A stretch of 64,000 nt of DNA from Cercozoa sp. M6MM (Eukaryota; Protista; Endomyxa: Ascetosporea). The position numbers and the translations under genes are program-made. Positions 60,478 to 64,000 of this stretch are shown piece by piece (position 1 is the stretch's first letter; each line of letters starts with the position of its first letter). The notes below the pieces were generated by a model. The model was given only the letters and a program-made list of their open reading frames with translations, had not been told where the DNA came from and ran no database searches. Location: assembly GCA_040357565.1 (NCBI GenBank), contig JBDODJ010000004.1; one strand, 5' to 3'.

Positions 60478-63400
60478 CAGATACTTACCCGACACTGTCG
60501 TCGCACCAGTGACACTGCGCCGTCGCCTGCATTGAGCGTACACACGTGGTACACGTTGTGATGGACGCGCATTCCGCTGTCCAAAAAGTTGCCCAGTCAG
60601 AAAGAAGTTATACGAGTGTACAAGTAAATTTACCAACGAGAGGGTCGGGCAGAAGGTCACAGTTGACGTCGTTGTTGCCAAAACCACACGGCTGATCTGC
60701 ACAGTGCATGTATTTGTATAGAATATAAATAATATTGCTTATGAATGTATGCATATCGTCTATTGTACCAGTGCAGAACTCGTCGTCGTCGATGCCGATA
60801 CCAGAAGCGCAGAAGTTGCACGGACGACCACTCGCATCTACCGCTGCTGCACACTCGCGACACTGCTCGGGGTGGGGAGGGCTTGAAAAGGAAGAGGAAG
60901 GCAGTAGAACATGGAGAGAACCAAGCACCTTGGTACGACGCATGTCATCGCGATCGACGTCGAGTCGTTGGAGTGCCTCCTCCAGCGACATCTGCAAGAC
61001 ATAAGCACGGAGGGTGAGAAAACGAAATGGTCCAGTAGCGGTACCTGCACGCGGTCGCAGTCGCTGGGCGTCAGAGTGCCGACACCTGCGACGGTGTCAC
61101 CTGGCATCACCTGCGCGTTGCTCGGCGGCGCCGCCGCGCATGTCGACACGGCAAAGAAGGGCGCCACACACTCATGCTTGGCACATGTGCTCTCGGCCAC
61201 GCGTAGGTTGTTGCCGTCCATCTGATCAGGCACACATCCGCGGACACTAATACAAATACTAAATACCAGTACCTCGAATCGAACGCAGTAGCGACAGGCC
61301 TGTCCATCGCTGCCGTACCGCGTGTTGACGCAACTCTGGCACGCACCGTCCCCCAGGTCAGTGACACGTGCGCACGTGTCGGTGGTCACCTCGGGAGCAC
61401 ACTCCTGACACAGACACGTGTCACCCGGTCGCGCTCGGTCACTCACGTCAATGCTTCCGCGCGGACGACGGCAGCTGCGCGTGTCGCAGATGCCGTCGGC
61501 ATCGCGCGTGCCCACGAGGTCGCCAAAGACGAGTGCGTGCTCTGTGCCGGGACCACAAGGTGGACACTCCTCTGCGCACGTGTCAAGTGGTACCAAAGCA
61601 GTGGCATGTGCGACGGTTGATACCCATGGAGTAGGCCGGTAGGTGACACGTGACCTCAGCGGCCGAACGGCAGGCGGCAGGTGACATGCACCACTTACAA
61701 CCAGCCAGGGAGAGGCACTGTGCACATGTCTACACACGCGCACGTGTCCATTGGTACCAATTGGCACGTGTCAGCATGTGGCATGACTTACACTGAGTGC
61801 GAGACACTGCCGATCAAGCGCACTGACGGCATCGAGAGCGACGGGACAACGTGCCACACTTTCGACTCGGTCGGCCAGACACGTGCGATCGGTGCTACGC
61901 AGGCAGGCCGCCGTGGAGGCGCACCAGAGACAGCGCTGGCCGCCGAAACGCGCCGTCGCACAGGCCGCGCAGTCGCCGTCGTTGCGCGCGCATTCTCCGT
62001 ACACGCGGTCGCACTGCTCTACATCAACTGACAACAGTGGTGCCTGGGCCGGTGACTGCGACGGTGTCAGTGAGGCACACTCGACGTCGCTCTCGGTACA
62101 GATGCCGATTTTGCTGCCCGCGCGGATGCTGTCAAGTGACGGTGCGCACCACTTGCAGTTGGCTCCGAACACCGAATCGACGCACGTGTGACAGTCGCTG
62201 TTCAGTGCGCAGATACCAGCGGCCGCGCTGCGTGCACTCGCCTCGTGCAACAGTGGCATTAGAGTTGCGTCAGCGACTCCTGCGTCCGCGCTGACGTTGC
62301 GCATCATGCTGAGACCTAGTGCCACGGCTGTGGTGTTGCTACCGTCCACTGAGGAACAAAGGGTACCACGGGGTATCAGGGGGTCTACAAGGAAGATTAT
62401 AGGCTACGAGTGTCCATGCAGAGTGCCGTCACTCGTGTCGTGTTGGCAGCGAACGCACGTGGTGCGTACAACAACAACGCCGGCGATGAGAGGTCTCTGA
62501 GAAGGCGGTAAGGGGGTAGTGAGGTACTAAGACAGTGACTACCTTGCATCGGCAGCAGTGGGCGCCTGTGCCACCGATGTGACGGAAGAAACGTCAAAGG
62601 AGCCTCCAAAGGCCCCACGGAACACTGTCGCTATCGGCATCAGTTCGGTACCAACCTACGCGTGCGATCACTCAGTCACAGGGTCGAGTGATGACGACAT
62701 GTGGCCGCTAGAGAGTGTACCCGTGTGAGTCGCACTGAGTTCTGCGCATCGCACGTGCTCGGGTAGCCACTGGCACGGTCCGTACAGACACCTGGGAAGA
62801 CACGCCAACTCATACACTGATATGCACCTTCAGAGGACAGTACCACTGTTGCCACACCATTCGCACAGGTCGGGTCGACCACCTGCACACGTGTTCAGTA
62901 CACTCACCAGCCAGAGACACGTGTAGATCCAGTGACACCTCGAGTGGCCATGAGACACTCGCGACAGTTGCGATTAGCGGCACAGACCGACCTTACGTCT
63001 GGAGGGAAGGCAGCAAGTAAGGTTAGGTGCAATACGGCAGGAGGACAGCCTACCTTCCTGCCGGGTGGCAGCACACACGGAGGCGTCGTCGCACTGCACG
63101 CTGACGTCGTCGATGGCGGCGCAGAAACCACCCGAGTCGGTGTCAGCACGTGCTGTGTTGGCGGTGTCGTGCTCGGCGCGCACTCGTGCCGCCAGCGAGA
63201 GTGACGGTGCGAACACGCGGTCACTCCGCGTGCACCATCGACAGCCGGCGGCCACGCAGGCGTCACACGAGGCCAGTGAACCGCACTCGGTCGTCGTGGC
63301 ATTGCGCGCACACAGCACCAGTGCCTGGGCTGTCTTGTTGCCTGTCTGTTACAGACAGGTACAGAAGATGGACAGGTACAGGTACTCGCAGATACAGGTA

Positions 63401-63939
63401 CACAGGCACAGGTGTGGTACCAGCATTCCAGCAGTCACCAGAGTGAAGTTCGTTGCGTTGCGCTGCTGCTGTGAGAGGCACGGGAAGCTCGTGTGGTCCA
63501 CCAGACAGCTGCCGCCATTGTCGCTGCACCACTTGCACGTGTCTGCACTCACACGTGCTCAGTAACCGGTATGCGCTAACGAGACTGATAGACTGATGAC
63601 TGAGAATAGGGTACACGTGGTGCCACTCACGGGACTGCCACTGTCCAGACAAGCGGCACATGCGGAATCTGTTCGCTCGGCGCACTCGGCAATGGCACGG
63701 CGCAGGTCGGTATCTGGGGAAGGGAGTGTCAGGGGTAGCACCAGAGGGTGGACAGAAAAGGGTACCAGAGGTCACGTGCTCTTCGTACAGTGCGCAAGTC
63801 ATCAAAGTCGCCGTCATTGTGTCTACAGCAAGCGAGTACTAGGCAAGGGGAGTGCGAAAATTACAGAGACGACGTACCATCGTCCAGTTTAACAAAGTCG
63901 GGCCCGCACGATGTCATTGGTGACAAAGAACACCTGACG

Positions 63940-63993
<54 letters not shown>

Positions 63994-64000
63994 CACACAC
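58787..64000 (-). CDS. Type I membrane protein with multiple PSI-like Cys-rich repeats and a Ser-rich cytoplasmic tail; 5' end outside the window
   Basis: At least 6 CxxC...Cx(W/F/Y)C modules (CDACVAAGCRWC, CHTCVDSVFGANCKWC, CAACATARFGGQRCLWC, CRECAAAVDASGRPCNFC); TM WWLWLLLLLLLLLLLLS (~59652-59702). Confidence 0.8.

Noticed and set aside
61741-61770. 30-bp imperfect palindrome (CACGTG..GGTACC..CACGTG) in an intron
   Set aside because: CACGTG and GTAC words are abundant in these introns; a single instance is not distinguishable from background

Overview
Eukaryotic, very intron-dense, gene-compact genomic DNA from an unidentified protist. A DUF1336 gene together with TCAIM, NASP and PARP is compatible with a SAR-type lineage, but that is inference only. 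About 20 protein-coding genes were reconstructed by hand across short (mostly 50-90 nt) GT-AG introns: PCCA C-terminus, SEC23, an ABCC transporter, a NASP-like TPR protein, a CRAL-TRIO/GOLD protein, a secreted 12-Cys orphan, a PH+FYVE protein, eIF3c, a His-rich membrane protein, NOP53, TCAIM, a DUF1336 protein, a PARP, RPSA, a coiled-coil protein, ABHD17, a PNRC/Edc1-like protein, a single-pass membrane protein and a PSI-repeat surface receptor. Mobile DNA comprises a 5'-truncated RNase H-bearing LINE with a 12-bp target-site duplication and a structured 3' UTR, a TA-flanked MITE, and a mosaic dispersed repeat family that starts TGTTACAG just downstream of gene stops. The most unusual window-wide signal is the splicing grammar: GTAC-dominated donors usually lacking +5G, C-rich tracts almost always on the intron sense strand, and introns containing reiterated donor or branch-point motifs. 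No single clearly novel multi-gene system could be established. All exon boundaries and family calls are by eye; no searches were run.
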